From Polyangiales bacterium (GTDB taxonomy: Bacteria > Myxococcota_A > Polyangia > Polyangiales > Ga0077539), in assembly GCA_044229975.1 (NCBI GenBank), contig JBGARZ010000021.1, forward strand, positions 32,001 to 96,000: a stretch of DNA of 64,000 nt. The letters are read 5' to 3'. Both the position numbers and the translations under genes were made by a program. Under the pieces are notes generated by a model. It was given only the letters and a program-made list of their open reading frames with translations. It did no database searches and was not told where the DNA came from. Shown here one piece after another: positions 50,486 through 60,615 of this stretch; within the stretch, counting starts at the first letter, position 1, and every line of letters starts with the position of its first letter.

Positions 50486-51223
50486 GTGGCCGTCGCGCGC
50501 GAACGCGTTGATCGCCTCCTCGTCGACAAGGGTCTCGCCGAGAGTCGCGAGCGCGCCCAGTCGCTGCTCATCGCGGGTCGGGTGTTCGTCGCGGGTCAGC
50601 GCGTCGACAAGCCGGGCCACCGGTTGCCCATCGACACGGTGCTGGAGGTGCGGGGCGACGCGTGTCCCTACGTCTCGCGCGGCGGGCTGAAGCTCGCGGG
50701 CGTGCTCGACCCGCTCGGCGTCGACCCGGCGGGCCGCGTCTGCCTCGACGTGGGCGCGAGCACCGGCGGGTTCACCGATGTGTTGTTGCAGCGCGGTGCG
50801 ACGAAGGTGTGGGCCGTGGACGTGGGCCACGGGCAGCTCCACGAGCGCATCCGCCGCGACGCGCGGGTGGTCGTGCACGAGGGCGTCAACGCGCGGCTGG
50901 GACTGCGGCAGGTGGTCGACGAGCTGGTGTCGCTGGTGGTGATGGACGTGTCGTTCATCTCGCTGACGAAGGTGTTGCCTGCGGTGGTCGAGGTGCTCGC
51001 GGCGGGCGCGTCGGTGGTGGCGATGGTGAAGCCGCAGTTCGAGCTGGAGCCGAAGCTGGTCCCGGGCGGCGTGGTGCGCGACGACGCGCTGCGCATGCGC
51101 GCGGTGGACGGCGTGGTGGCCGCGGCGCAGGCGCTCGGACTGACGTGCGTGGGGCGGGAGGACTCGCCGGTGCACGGACCCGCGGGCAACCGCGAGGTGT
51201 TCGTGCACCTGCGGCGGGGGTGA
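50486..51223 (+). CDS. tlyA: TlyA-family rRNA 2'-O-methyltransferase
   Basis: S4 domain, YVSRGGLKL, LDVGASTGGFTD, DVSFISL, VKPQFE, GNRE. Confidence 0.95.
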   Translation: MAVARERVDRLLVDKGLAESRERAQSLLIAGRVFVAGQRVDKPGHRLPIDTVLEVRGDACPYVSRGGLKLAGVLDPLGVDPAGRVCLDVGASTGGFTDVLLQRGATKVWAVDVGHGQLHERIRRDARVVVHEGVNARLGLRQVVDELVSLVVMDVSFISLTKVLPAVVEVLAAGASVVAMVKPQFELEPKLVPGGVVRDDALRMRAVDGVVAAAQALGLTCVGREDSPVHGPAGNREVFVHLRRG

Positions 51224-51250
51224 CGTCGGGGGGTGTCCGACGCGTCGTGA

Positions 51251-51470
51251 CCGGAGTTCACGGTGCAGGCGGTGCGCCCGTCGCGTCCCGTTCACTCCGG
51301 GCTATTTCACGCGGATCGCCCCGCTGCTGCGGGGCTCCGTTTACCTATTCAGATATATTCGTACGGCAACAGACGGGTCACTGGAGCCCCGCAGCAGCGG
51401 GGCGATCCGCGTGAAATAGCCCGGAGTGAACGGGACGCGACGGGCGCACCGCCTGCACCGTGAACTCCGG
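51251..51470. repeat. Perfect 88-bp inverted repeat (51251-51338 / 51383-51470) around a 44-bp AT-richer spacer; REPIN-like
   Basis: The arms are exact reverse complements by eye. Each contains a REP-like hairpin GGAGCCCCGCAGCAGCGGGGCGAT. Confidence 0.9.
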
Positions 51471-51566
51471 CGACGACGCGACGGGCGCACCGCCTGCACC
51501 GTGAACTCCGGCGACGACGCGACCGGCGCACCGCCTGCACCGTGAACTCCGGCGACGACGCGACGG
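51434..51566. repeat. 41-bp tandem repeat, three full copies plus a partial copy
   Basis: GACGCGACGGGCGCACCGCCTGCACCGTGAACTCCGGCGAC at 51434, 51475 and 51516 (one mismatch in copy 3). Confidence 0.92.
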
Positions 51567-51575
51567 AAACCCTGG

Positions 51576-52735
<1,160 letters not shown>

Positions 52736-52739
<4 letters not shown>

Positions 52740-53869
52740 GAGACGGCTGCCTCCATGAGACCGGCGCCCTGGAGGAGCGGCGCCGACGGGGGGTCCTTGA
52801 TCGTTGAGCGGGCGGGTTCGAAGGGCAGCGCCCGGCGCAGGGCCTCGACGGAGAGGCCGAGCCACGGCGCGGCGCGCTCGGGGCCGAGGCGCAGGTAGGC
52901 GTCCATCGCGAGCGGCTGTGAGACGGAGGTGACCGACCCCTGCGGCGCGCCGCCGGCGACCGACGACGGCGTCACGACGCCGCGATGACCGAGCGCGTCG
53001 AGGCAGAGCATCTCGAGGTGGAAGCGCAGCAGCGTCTCGGCGACGGCGCGCGGGGCGCCCATCCGCATGGCGGTGAGGGTGGCCTGTTCGAGCGCCCGCA
53101 CCGACGAGGCGCCGCGGGCGAGCACGGCGCGGTGGGCGGCGCCGCGGATGGCCCCGTCGGCGATGGCGTTGATGGACGACGGGGTCCACCGAAACGTCCA
53201 CGGCGCGGGGCGATCGGCGAGGAGGATGTCGGTGAGCGGCGAGGCGGCGAGCGCGGCGCGGGTGACGTCCGTGAGCTCGGGGACATCACCCGACCCGGAG
53301 CCCTTCACTTCGAGCGCGGCGAGCAGCGAGAAGAGGTCGACGCGGCGACGGCTCTCGCGCACACGACGCACCGAGGGCAGCGCGACGAGGGCCTTCGGGG
53401 GAGCGACGCCGATGAAGTCCGCGTACCCGGCCCAGAACTCCACGTGGGTGTCGACGCGGCCAAGGTCTCCGAGCCGGCTGAGCACGGCGTGGCGGAGGGC
53501 GATCTCGAAGCGCGACACGGGGGCCTTCACCCATTCGAGCAGCGCCACGCACCAGTGGCGGGCGACCTTGCGGAGACCCGAGCGCCCGGCGGCTTCGGGG
53601 TGGGTCATGGCGAGCAGGTCGTACCAGACGGCGGCGAGGGCGAGGGCGTCGAGGGGGAGGGTGTCGAGGGGGCCGACGGTTCCGAGACGGAGGAGGCGTT
53701 TGCGGGCGACGTCGCAGATGCGGACGAGGCGCGTGGCGTCGGGGTGGGGCGAGCGCGTCCAGGCGACGAGGGCGGTGGGGGCGATGAGTCCGTCGACGAC
53801 GACGCGGCCACCGAGCACGAGCGGCTCGACGAAGGCCGACACGAACTCGTCGACGGTGGGCTCAGCCAC
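52736..53869 (-). CDS. Uncharacterised helical protein in the MoxR operon (possibly an FtsH-ternary-system fvmX-type domain)
   Basis: Translationally coupled on both sides. FVEPLVLGG, LRHAVL, RVDTHVEFWAG and SPLTD look like conserved motifs. The family assignment is from memory only. Confidence 0.6.
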
Positions 53870-55478
53870 GGGTCTCGGAGTCGTCCTCGACGGACGGCGC
53901 GACGGCGACGGTGGGGTTCTGATCGGCGAGGGTCGGCGACGGGGGACGTGACGCGGGAAGCTCGGCGCGGGCCATCGGCGAGAGCAATCCCGTGAGCAAC
54001 CCCGGTGGTGTGGGCCAGAGGTCGGGCAGGGGGAGCTCCGCGTCGAGAGGGCCGACGAGGGTCTCCTCTTCGATCACCGGGAGGTCGGACAGGAGCACCT
54101 TGGTCGCGGGCACGAAGGCGCTCTGCGCGACGGCCGTGAGCGGTCGCGTGCCGCCCGTGACGAAGACGCGGAGGTCGCTCGTGGCGCGCGAGAGCTGTCG
54201 CAGCACATCGGGCGGAACGGGCGGAGACAGCCCCCACCCGAGCGGCACGAAGACACCGTCGCCGAGCTCTTCGTAGAGGGTCCCGAGCGGCACGGCGTCG
54301 GCGGCGTCGGGCCCGTGGAGGAAGATCGACTCGTCGGTGAAGGCGATGGACAGCTTGCCGAGCGTGGTGGGCGGCAGCACGCCGAGGATGCGCCCGAGGG
54401 TCTCCTGCTCGCGCACCGGGATGATGGCGGCCGCGACGCGCTTGGGGGCGCTGCCGGTGGGGACGAGCCGCAGCGGGAGGTTGAAGGTCGCGGTGATGCC
54501 GAAGGTCTTCGCGCTGTCGACGGTGGTCTGCGCGTTGGCGACGAGGCTGGTCACCGATTGAACGTCGACGAAGGGCGGGCGCTGCGCGAGGGCGATGGCG
54601 CCGACCCCTTCGGCGCGGAAGAGCACGAGCTCTTCGCTGCCGAAGAGGGGTGCGCACGACGAGAGCGGGATGGGGTGGCGGTAGCCGAACTCCACCGCGC
54701 AGCGCTCGCCATCGGGGACGAAGAGGCTGACACCGGGGAGCGACCGCAGGAGCTGCACGAAACGCGAGGCAGGCGAGGCGAGCTGGAGGAGGATGCCTTG
54801 ATCGACGGCGTCGCTCGGGCCGCCGCGCTGCCACTCGACCATGGCGACGCGGGCGGGGGCGTTCCAGCGGGCAAGGTAGCCGATGACGGAGTCGCCGAGG
54901 CCGGGGCGCAGGAGCGCGTAGAGGGTGCGCGGCGTCTCCCAACGCGCGCGGTGCAGCGCCTGCGGGGCGAGCCGCAGCAGCAGGTCGCGGAGCGAGAGCA
55001 CCTTGTCGTGCCGGTAGGGCTGCGCGAAGCGGTCGTGATAGAGCGCGACGTCGCCAGGCTCGGGGAGCAGCTCGGAGATGTCGTAGCCAAAGGGCGCCTG
55101 GGCGTCGCGGTACTTGACGAAGTGTCGACCCGACCCGGTGAACACCATCGCGCCGACGAGGCGGGCGATGGCGGCGAGACGGTCCATGCGGTGCGAGGCG
55201 CCCGACTGGACCTCCACGAGGAGCTCGCGGGTGCGGAGCGGCGAGATGACCTGCACGATGCGGAGCGCGTCGAGGAGCTCGTCGAGCGCGCCGTCTTCGC
55301 CGAGGGAGCGCAGGAGGGCGACGAGGCGCTCCATGGAGGGGACGAGCACGACCCCCACGGGGCCGAGCGCCACGCCGCGCACGTCGGGGCTGAGTCCGGG
55401 CGCCCGAAACCGGCTCTGGTGCTGCGCGACCCGCTCGATCACCGGCGGACCGTACTTCGTATCCCCCGGGGGATTCAA
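53862..55478 (-). CDS. Uncharacterised protein in the MoxR operon (possibly an FtsH-ternary-system fvmX-type domain)
   Basis: Globular sequence with FTGSGRHFVKYRD..APFGYD, VEFGYRHPI, VFVPLGW. Start is TTG 55478 or GTG 55442. Confidence 0.65.
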   Translation of the reverse strand: MNPPGDTKYGPPVIERVAQHQSRFRAPGLSPDVRGVALGPVGVVLVPSMERLVALLRSLGEDGALDELLDALRIVQVISPLRTRELLVEVQSGASHRMDRLAAIARLVGAMVFTGSGRHFVKYRDAQAPFGYDISELLPEPGDVALYHDRFAQPYRHDKVLSLRDLLLRLAPQALHRARWETPRTLYALLRPGLGDSVIGYLARWNAPARVAMVEWQRGGPSDAVDQGILLQLASPASRFVQLLRSLPGVSLFVPDGERCAVEFGYRHPIPLSSCAPLFGSEELVLFRAEGVGAIALAQRPPFVDVQSVTSLVANAQTTVDSAKTFGITATFNLPLRLVPTGSAPKRVAAAIIPVREQETLGRILGVLPPTTLGKLSIAFTDESIFLHGPDAADAVPLGTLYEELGDGVFVPLGWGLSPPVPPDVLRQLSRATSDLRVFVTGGTRPLTAVAQSAFVPATKVLLSDLPVIEEETLVGPLDAELPLPDLWPTPPGLLTGLLSPMARAELPASRPPSPTLADQNPTVAVAPSVEDDSETRG

Positions 55479-55539
55479 TCGCGACGAGTGTCCGCGAGCG
55501 ATTGACGCACTGGCCCTCTCCGCGCAACGTGCGAGGCCC

Positions 55540-56070
55540 ATGACATGGCCCCTCCGGCGCTCGACGGGCGCCCTCTTCGCGACGCTGGCGTTCACTGCGG
55601 TGCTGTCCGCGCAGACCGTCCCCCGACCGACCCCGCGCGAGGCGATGGACCGGGCGCTCACGCCGCTGCGCGAGGCCCAGTCCGCGCTGTCGCTCACCGA
55701 GGACGAGCGCACCCGACTGCGGGACGTCACCGACCGCGGCGAGGCGTGGGCCGCCGAGCTCGTCGAGGCCGAGCACCACCGCGATCAGCGGACCGTGCAG
55801 GCCCGGACGCGTCGCATCGCGTGGCTCGCGCGGGTGATGCGCTCGCGGGTCGAGGCGATGCGGGCGCAGTCCGCGTCCGCGCAGGCGCTGACGGCGACGG
55901 CTGCTCTGCGCGGTACGGTGGGCGAGCGGCGCGCGGCGCGCGATCGTGTGAGCGAGGCGCTGGTGGCGGCCGAGCGCAACGACCCGGTGTCGACGAGGCA
56001 GCTGCCTCGACCCGACGCCGACTCAGGCGCATTGACGACAGGTGACGCGGCGACGGGGGTGGGGCGATGA
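55540..56070 (+). CDS. Exported coiled-coil hypothetical protein
   Basis: Signal peptide (LSA|Q), Ala/Arg/Glu-rich helices, ATGA overlap with the next gene. Confidence 0.65.
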   Translation: MTWPLRRSTGALFATLAFTAVLSAQTVPRPTPREAMDRALTPLREAQSALSLTEDERTRLRDVTDRGEAWAAELVEAEHHRDQRTVQARTRRIAWLARVMRSRVEAMRAQSASAQALTATAALRGTVGERRAARDRVSEALVAAERNDPVSTRQLPRPDADSGALTTGDAATGVGR

Positions 56071-57128
56071 ACACGCAACGACACCTGGGATGGATGCTCT
56101 CCCTGTCGCTGCTCGGTTGCGCCGGGTCGACGGTGCGACCCGACGAAGACCCGGTGGCGCGCGCGCTGGCCGGGCCCGTCGCACGTAGCCTCGTGACGGG
56201 TGCGCCCGAGGCGTGGGCGGAGGTGCTGCGCGAGGCCGACCGCGTTCGCTCGTTGCCCGAGAGCGAACGGGCCGACGGCGAGGTCGAGCTCGCGCTGGCA
56301 TTGGAGTGGGCGCAGGGCGTGGCCGAGCGCGGCGCGGCCGATCGTGCGTTGGCGGAGACCGCGACGCAGCGCGCGTCGCTCACGGAAGAGCAGACGCGCC
56401 TCGACGCCGAGGTGACCCGCCTCGAAGCGTCGGTGCAGCGCAGCGTCGCCGCGCATGCGCAGGTGGGCGGCGCGCAGGCGGCGGCGCGAGCACCGACGGC
56501 GGTGGAGGCAGCGCGGCGGGCCGCGACCGCGGACGACCTCGACCAGCAGACCGAGCTGCTCCTCGCGGCGGCCGAGCTCTTCGGCGCGCGGCCCGAGGCG
56601 CTTGCTCCGCTGCGGGCGCGGGTCGTCCAGGGGCGCGCGTCGGGCGCCAATCGCGTCGCGACGTCGGCCGCGATCTACCGCGAGGCCGAGACGCAGCTCG
56701 ACGTGGCGCGGTCGTCGGGCGCGGTGGTGTCGGCGGCCGACGTCGAAGCGTTGAGGTTGCAGTCGTCGCTGACGGAGAGCGAAGGGGTCGACGCTCATCG
56801 TGATCCGCGGGGTGTCGTCGCGGTGCTGCGCGGTCTCTTCGCGGGCCCGCGGCTGGCGCCGACGTCACGCGCGCGGGTCGAGCTCCTCGGTCGGGTCATC
56901 CGGTCGCACGGGACGCTCCCGGTGCGCGTCGAGTGCTTCGTCGGCGGAGCCGTCGCGACCAGCGCCACGGCGACCGCGCGCGCTCAGGCCAACGCCTTGC
57001 GCGCGGCGTTGATCACGGCGGGCGTCCCGACCGAGCGCGTCGTGGCGGCGGGCTTCCATCGTCCCGCCGGGAGCGCTCGCACCGAAGACCGCGTCGAGGT
57101 CGTGTTGCTCACCCCGCGCGCGGAGTAG
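56067..57128 (+). CDS. Coiled-coil lipoprotein with degenerate OmpA-like C-terminal domain
   Basis: Lipobox LLGC. C-terminal DPRGVV..L..LF...PVRVE...ANALRAALITAGVPTERVVAAGF...RVEVV. Confidence 0.75.
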   Translation: MNTQRHLGWMLSLSLLGCAGSTVRPDEDPVARALAGPVARSLVTGAPEAWAEVLREADRVRSLPESERADGEVELALALEWAQGVAERGAADRALAETATQRASLTEEQTRLDAEVTRLEASVQRSVAAHAQVGGAQAAARAPTAVEAARRAATADDLDQQTELLLAAAELFGARPEALAPLRARVVQGRASGANRVATSAAIYREAETQLDVARSSGAVVSAADVEALRLQSSLTESEGVDAHRDPRGVVAVLRGLFAGPRLAPTSRARVELLGRVIRSHGTLPVRVECFVGGAVATSATATARAQANALRAALITAGVPTERVVAAGFHRPAGSARTEDRVEVVLLTPRAE

Positions 57129-57137
57129 GCGACCGAC

Positions 57138-57803
57138 TCACGGGCTGGCGCCTTCGCGGAGACCCTCGACGTGCCAGCCGTCGCGCTCCCACACGAGGAG
57201 CAGCACGCGCCCATCAGGGAGCTGCACCCGTGTCGACCCTGGAACGTCTGGAAAACGCAGCGCGTCCGGGTCTTCGAGCGCCCCGGCCAACGCCCGCAGG
57301 TCGCTCTCCATGGCGCCGCGCGCTCGCGCGGACAGCATCGCGATGAGTCCCTGGAGGTCGCCACGCAGCAAGGTCCGGCGGAGGTGTTCGAGCGCGGCGC
57401 GGGCCCCGTCGCGTCCGGGGGTGGTCACCACCGAGGCGTCGCCGAGGGCCGGGCCGCCGACGCGCCAGCCATCGCGCTCCTCGACGGCAAGCACCCGACG
57501 CGAACGCTCTCGCAACTCGACCGACACCGGCGCGCCAGCGCGCAACGCGTCGTCGACCGAGGCCCGCAGCTCGTCGACGGAGCGCAGATCGGCACCCACG
57601 CGGGCACGAAAGGCTTCGCGGGTCTCGGCCCGCCGAGCGCGCTCGGGTAGGAGGTCATAGAGCGCACCCGCGGGGTCGGACGAACGGGTCGCTGCCACGA
57701 CCGACAGCAGCGTCGCGCGTGGCGAGGAGGGCGACGGAGCGCAACCCAGCGCGGCCAGCACGACGACTCCCAGACAACCGCGGGTCGTGGCCGAACTCGT
57801 CAC
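57138..57803 (-). CDS. Hypothetical lipoprotein with two NTF2-like/DUF4878-like repeats
   Basis: Lipobox ALGC. Two units ending V.ERDGW(R/H)V. Confidence 0.65.
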   Translation of the reverse strand: MTSSATTRGCLGVVVLAALGCAPSPSSPRATLLSVVAATRSSDPAGALYDLLPERARRAETREAFRARVGADLRSVDELRASVDDALRAGAPVSVELRERSRRVLAVEERDGWRVGGPALGDASVVTTPGRDGARAALEHLRRTLLRGDLQGLIAMLSARARGAMESDLRALAGALEDPDALRFPDVPGSTRVQLPDGRVLLLVWERDGWHVEGLREGASP

Positions 57804-57986
57804 GCGAAGGCGACCCTAAGCCTGCGCCGACGTCGGGCACAATCCCGGAGGTGTTCACGCGAGGCTTGTGAAGCACCGTTCACGCGGGCGCGCTCGCCTC
57901 GGGTGAGCCGGATGGACTGAGTGCGTGGCATGGTTCTGTCATAGACTGACGTCATCACAAGATCCCCACACCGGGAGGCGATCCTC

Positions 57987-59039
57987 ATGAGCCGACTTCA
58001 CTTCACGCCCGCCAGACTCGTCCTCGCGCTGATCGCGACGGGCCTCCTCGGTAGCGCCGCCGCTGGATGCTCCGACGACTCCTACTACTGCGACTCCAAC
58101 GGCTGCTATTTCTGCGACGGCGTGGGCTGTCGGGCCGTCGCCCCGCCCACCCGCGCGACCTGCGCTGGCGACTACCAGTGCGCGACCAACCAGGTCTGCA
58201 CCAGCCTCGGCTGCGCGCCCACCTGCCTCAACGACGCCGACTGCTCGCAGGGCTGGGTCTGCCGTGGCGCTTCGGGCACCACCCGCGGTCTGTGCGTAGC
58301 CCCCACCGAGACCACGCCCACCCGCAACCCCGGCACCTGCACCGACAACAGCCAGTGCTCGGGCGGCGCCGTCTGCCTCGACGGCACCTGCGCGCGGCGC
58401 ACCTGCGACAGCACCACCACGAGCTGCGCCTGCACCGACAACACCCAGTGCTCCGGCGGCCAGGTCTGCCTCGCGGGTCGCTGCGCCGTCCCCACCGACG
58501 CGTGCCGCTTCAACTCGCAGTGCGGCGCGGGTCGCGTCTGCGTCAACCAGGTCTGCCGGGCTGCGTGCAGCGCCGCCAACCCGTGCCCCACCGGGCAGGC
58601 GTGTGACACCGCGAGCGGCGCGTGCGTCGATCGCCCCGCCGGCCAGTGCACCCGCGACAGCGAGTGCGGCACCGGTCGCCGCTGCCTCAACTCCACCTGC
58701 CTCACCCGATGCGCGTCGGCCACCGACTGCGGCACCGGCACCTACTGCTCCGATCAGGGCGTGTGCGAGGCCGACACCCGGCGCCAGCCCACGTGCTCCA
58801 GCAGCGTCGCCTGCGCCGCGGGCAGCCAGTGCCTCGATGGCGTCTGCCGCGTCCCCTGCACCACCGCCAACCAGTGCCTGATGACCGCGGTGGAGTACCG
58901 CAACTGCGAAGCCATCGCGTACCTCGGCACCACGCAGCGGTACTGCCAGACCAACAGCGAGGTTCAGTCCAACTGCGGTGCGCAGCGCGACTGCGCCGCG
59001 GGTCAGTCCTGCGTCGACGGCACCTGCCGCAGCAACTGA
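57987..59039 (+). CDS. Cys-rich repeat lipoprotein (Dickkopf-N/EB-like CxxxxxCxxGxxCxxGxC units)
   Basis: GGGAGG ribosome-binding site, lipobox AAGC, about eleven 4-Cys units. Confidence 0.85.
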   Translation: MSRLHFTPARLVLALIATGLLGSAAAGCSDDSYYCDSNGCYFCDGVGCRAVAPPTRATCAGDYQCATNQVCTSLGCAPTCLNDADCSQGWVCRGASGTTRGLCVAPTETTPTRNPGTCTDNSQCSGGAVCLDGTCARRTCDSTTTSCACTDNTQCSGGQVCLAGRCAVPTDACRFNSQCGAGRVCVNQVCRAACSAANPCPTGQACDTASGACVDRPAGQCTRDSECGTGRRCLNSTCLTRCASATDCGTGTYCSDQGVCEADTRRQPTCSSSVACAAGSQCLDGVCRVPCTTANQCLMTAVEYRNCEAIAYLGTTQRYCQTNSEVQSNCGAQRDCAAGQSCVDGTCRSN

Positions 59040-59079
59040 TCGCTCCCGTCATCACCCCTCCTTCGTCCCCCATCCGGGG

Positions 59080-59109
59080 TTGACGCCTCCCAATCCCCTC
59101 CGCTAGTTT
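59080..59109 (+). promoter_or_regulatory. Putative sigma70 promoter (TTGACG-18 bp-TAGTTT)
   Basis: Lies upstream of AGGAG (59141) and ATG 59155. Confidence 0.55.
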
Positions 59110-59154
59110 CCGCGCCCCCTGCATCCAGAATCATTCGGATAGGAGCTCATTCCC

Positions 59155-59304
59155 ATGGTTTCCCTTACCCAACAGACCAGCCGCATCCGCCGCCGCAAGC
59201 AGACCTCCAACGGCAAGGTCAACAAGCGCGTCCGCCGCGCCAATGGCACGCCGGCCTTCCCGGTTCACGTCGAAGCCGTCGCGGCCGCCCCCGCCACGAA
59301 GTAG
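59155..59304 (+). CDS. Small basic protein, 49 aa (not in the ORF track)
   Basis: MVSLTQQTSRIRRRKQTSNGKVNKRVRRANGTPAFPVHVEAVAAAPATK. Has its own promoter, AGGAG RBS and G/C-ending codons, and fills an otherwise empty gap. Confidence 0.75.
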   Translation: MVSLTQQTSRIRRRKQTSNGKVNKRVRRANGTPAFPVHVEAVAAAPATK

Positions 59305-59310
59305 CGCCCG

Positions 59311-60048
59311 TCAGTCCGCCGATCGCGTCGGTCGTGGGAGGTCCCAACCTCCCGCGACGGTGATCTCCGCGCCCGTCACGTACGCGGCCTCCTCCGACAA
59401 CAACCACCGCACCATCGCCGCCACATCGTCGGGCCTCCCGGCTCGTCCGCCGGGCGCCTTCGCCGCCACGCGCGCGAACACCTCCGGCTCGACGCCGCCC
59501 GTGTCGATGACACCCGGCGACACGCAGTTGACCGTCACACCATGGCCCGCGTGTTCGGCCGCGAGCGCGCGTGAGAAACACAACAGCGCCGCCTTGGCCG
59601 CGTACCAGGCCGCGATGGTCGCCGGGGGTCGCAGCGTCGAGACGCCCGCGTGCCCGAAGACCACCACGCGCCCGTAGCCGCGGTCGCGCATCGCGGGAGC
59701 GACCATCCCCGCGAGGCGCACCACCGCGAAGAGGTTGTCCTCGAAGACGCGCTGCCAGGACACCGCGGCGTCGGTGCTCGCGGGCGCCCGCGCGAAGGGC
59801 CCCGCCGCGTGGATCAGGGCATCGGGCGCCCCCAACCGTCGACGCACGTCGTCGAGCCAACGCCGCGTCGCGGTCTCATCGCTCACATCGCACAGCGACA
59901 CGTCGTGCCCGTCGCCGAGCGCTGCGCGCAGCGTGCGGAGGTCGCCGGTGTCGCGACGCCCCGCGACAGCGACCGCCCACCCGTCGTGCGCGAGGGACAG
60001 CGCGAGCGCCCGCCCGATGCCGCGCGCGCCGCCTGGGATGAGCGCCAC
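59311..60048 (-). CDS. SDR-family oxidoreductase (FabG-like)
   Basis: VALIPGGARGIG, YAAAK, VTVNCVSPGVIDT, YVTGAEI.VAGG. Start uncertain. Confidence 0.88.
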   Translation of the reverse strand: MALIPGGARGIGRALALSLAHDGWAVAVAGRRDTGDLRTLRAALGDGHDVSLCDVSDETATRRWLDDVRRRLGAPDALIHAAGPFARAPASTDAAVSWQRVFEDNLFAVVRLAGMVAPAMRDRGYGRVVVFGHAGVSTLRPPATIAAWYAAKAALLCFSRALAAEHAGHGVTVNCVSPGVIDTGGVEPEVFARVAAKAPGGRAGRPDDVAAMVRWLLSEEAAYVTGAEITVAGGWDLPRPTRSAD

Positions 60049-60053
60049 GCGCC

Positions 60054-60506
60054 TCAGGGGATCACCTCGCGCACCATCGCCTCGGCGGTGTCGCCGTCGA
60101 AGCCAAACGCCGAGGCCAGCCACTCCAGGAAGTCGGTCTCGTCGGCGGAGAACTCCCCGTCGCTCGACGCGCAGTACACCGCGAGCTGAAACGCCGCCCG
60201 TCGCAGCCCCGGCTCCGTGATGCCCGCCGCGAGCGCGTGGATGCGCGCGGTGACCTTCGGCTCCGTGTCGTGGGCGGCCATCTCTTCGAGCAGCGCGCGG
60301 GCGTCGTCGTCGTCGAAGTCGCTGAGCCCGGGTATCTGCTGGATCGTCGCGACGATGCCATCGAGCTCGTGGGTCTCGACCTCGCCGTCCGAGGTCGCCG
60401 ACCACAGCGCGAGCTCGGCGACCCGAACCCCTTGCTCGGTCAGCAGGTCTTCCTCGCGAATCTCACTGAACGATCGACGGACGCTGTACGCCATGACGGC
60501 TCGCAC
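60054..60506 (-). CDS. TerB-family (tellurite-resistance-like) protein
   Basis: ATSDGEVETHE and ASSDGEFSADETDFLEWLASAFG. Start may be ATG 60494. Confidence 0.82.
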   Translation of the reverse strand: MRAVMAYSVRRSFSEIREEDLLTEQGVRVAELALWSATSDGEVETHELDGIVATIQQIPGLSDFDDDDARALLEEMAAHDTEPKVTARIHALAAGITEPGLRRAAFQLAVYCASSDGEFSADETDFLEWLASAFGFDGDTAEAMVREVIP

Positions 60507-60615
60507 CCTCGCACGGCCCCGCGGTCGCCCTCAACCGGCGCTCGTCACCATCGCTCACGCAGCGTTCGTAGTGCGACGGTCGCCCGCGAGGCGCGTGGTA
60601 GCGTGCGCGCTAGCG

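Noticed and set aside
50486..51223. Haemolysin or virulence factor
   Set aside because: All methyltransferase motifs are intact, so a housekeeping rRNA methylase is the simpler call.
51339..51382. dif site or replication origin in the AT-richer core
   Set aside because: No recognisable XerC/XerD arms or DnaA boxes.
51434..51566. CRISPR array
   Set aside because: The 41-bp units are contiguous with no unique spacers, and no cas genes are present.
57926..57942. Sigma54 promoter (TGGCAT...) upstream of the Cys-rich lipoprotein
   Set aside because: The -12 position reads TC, not GC.
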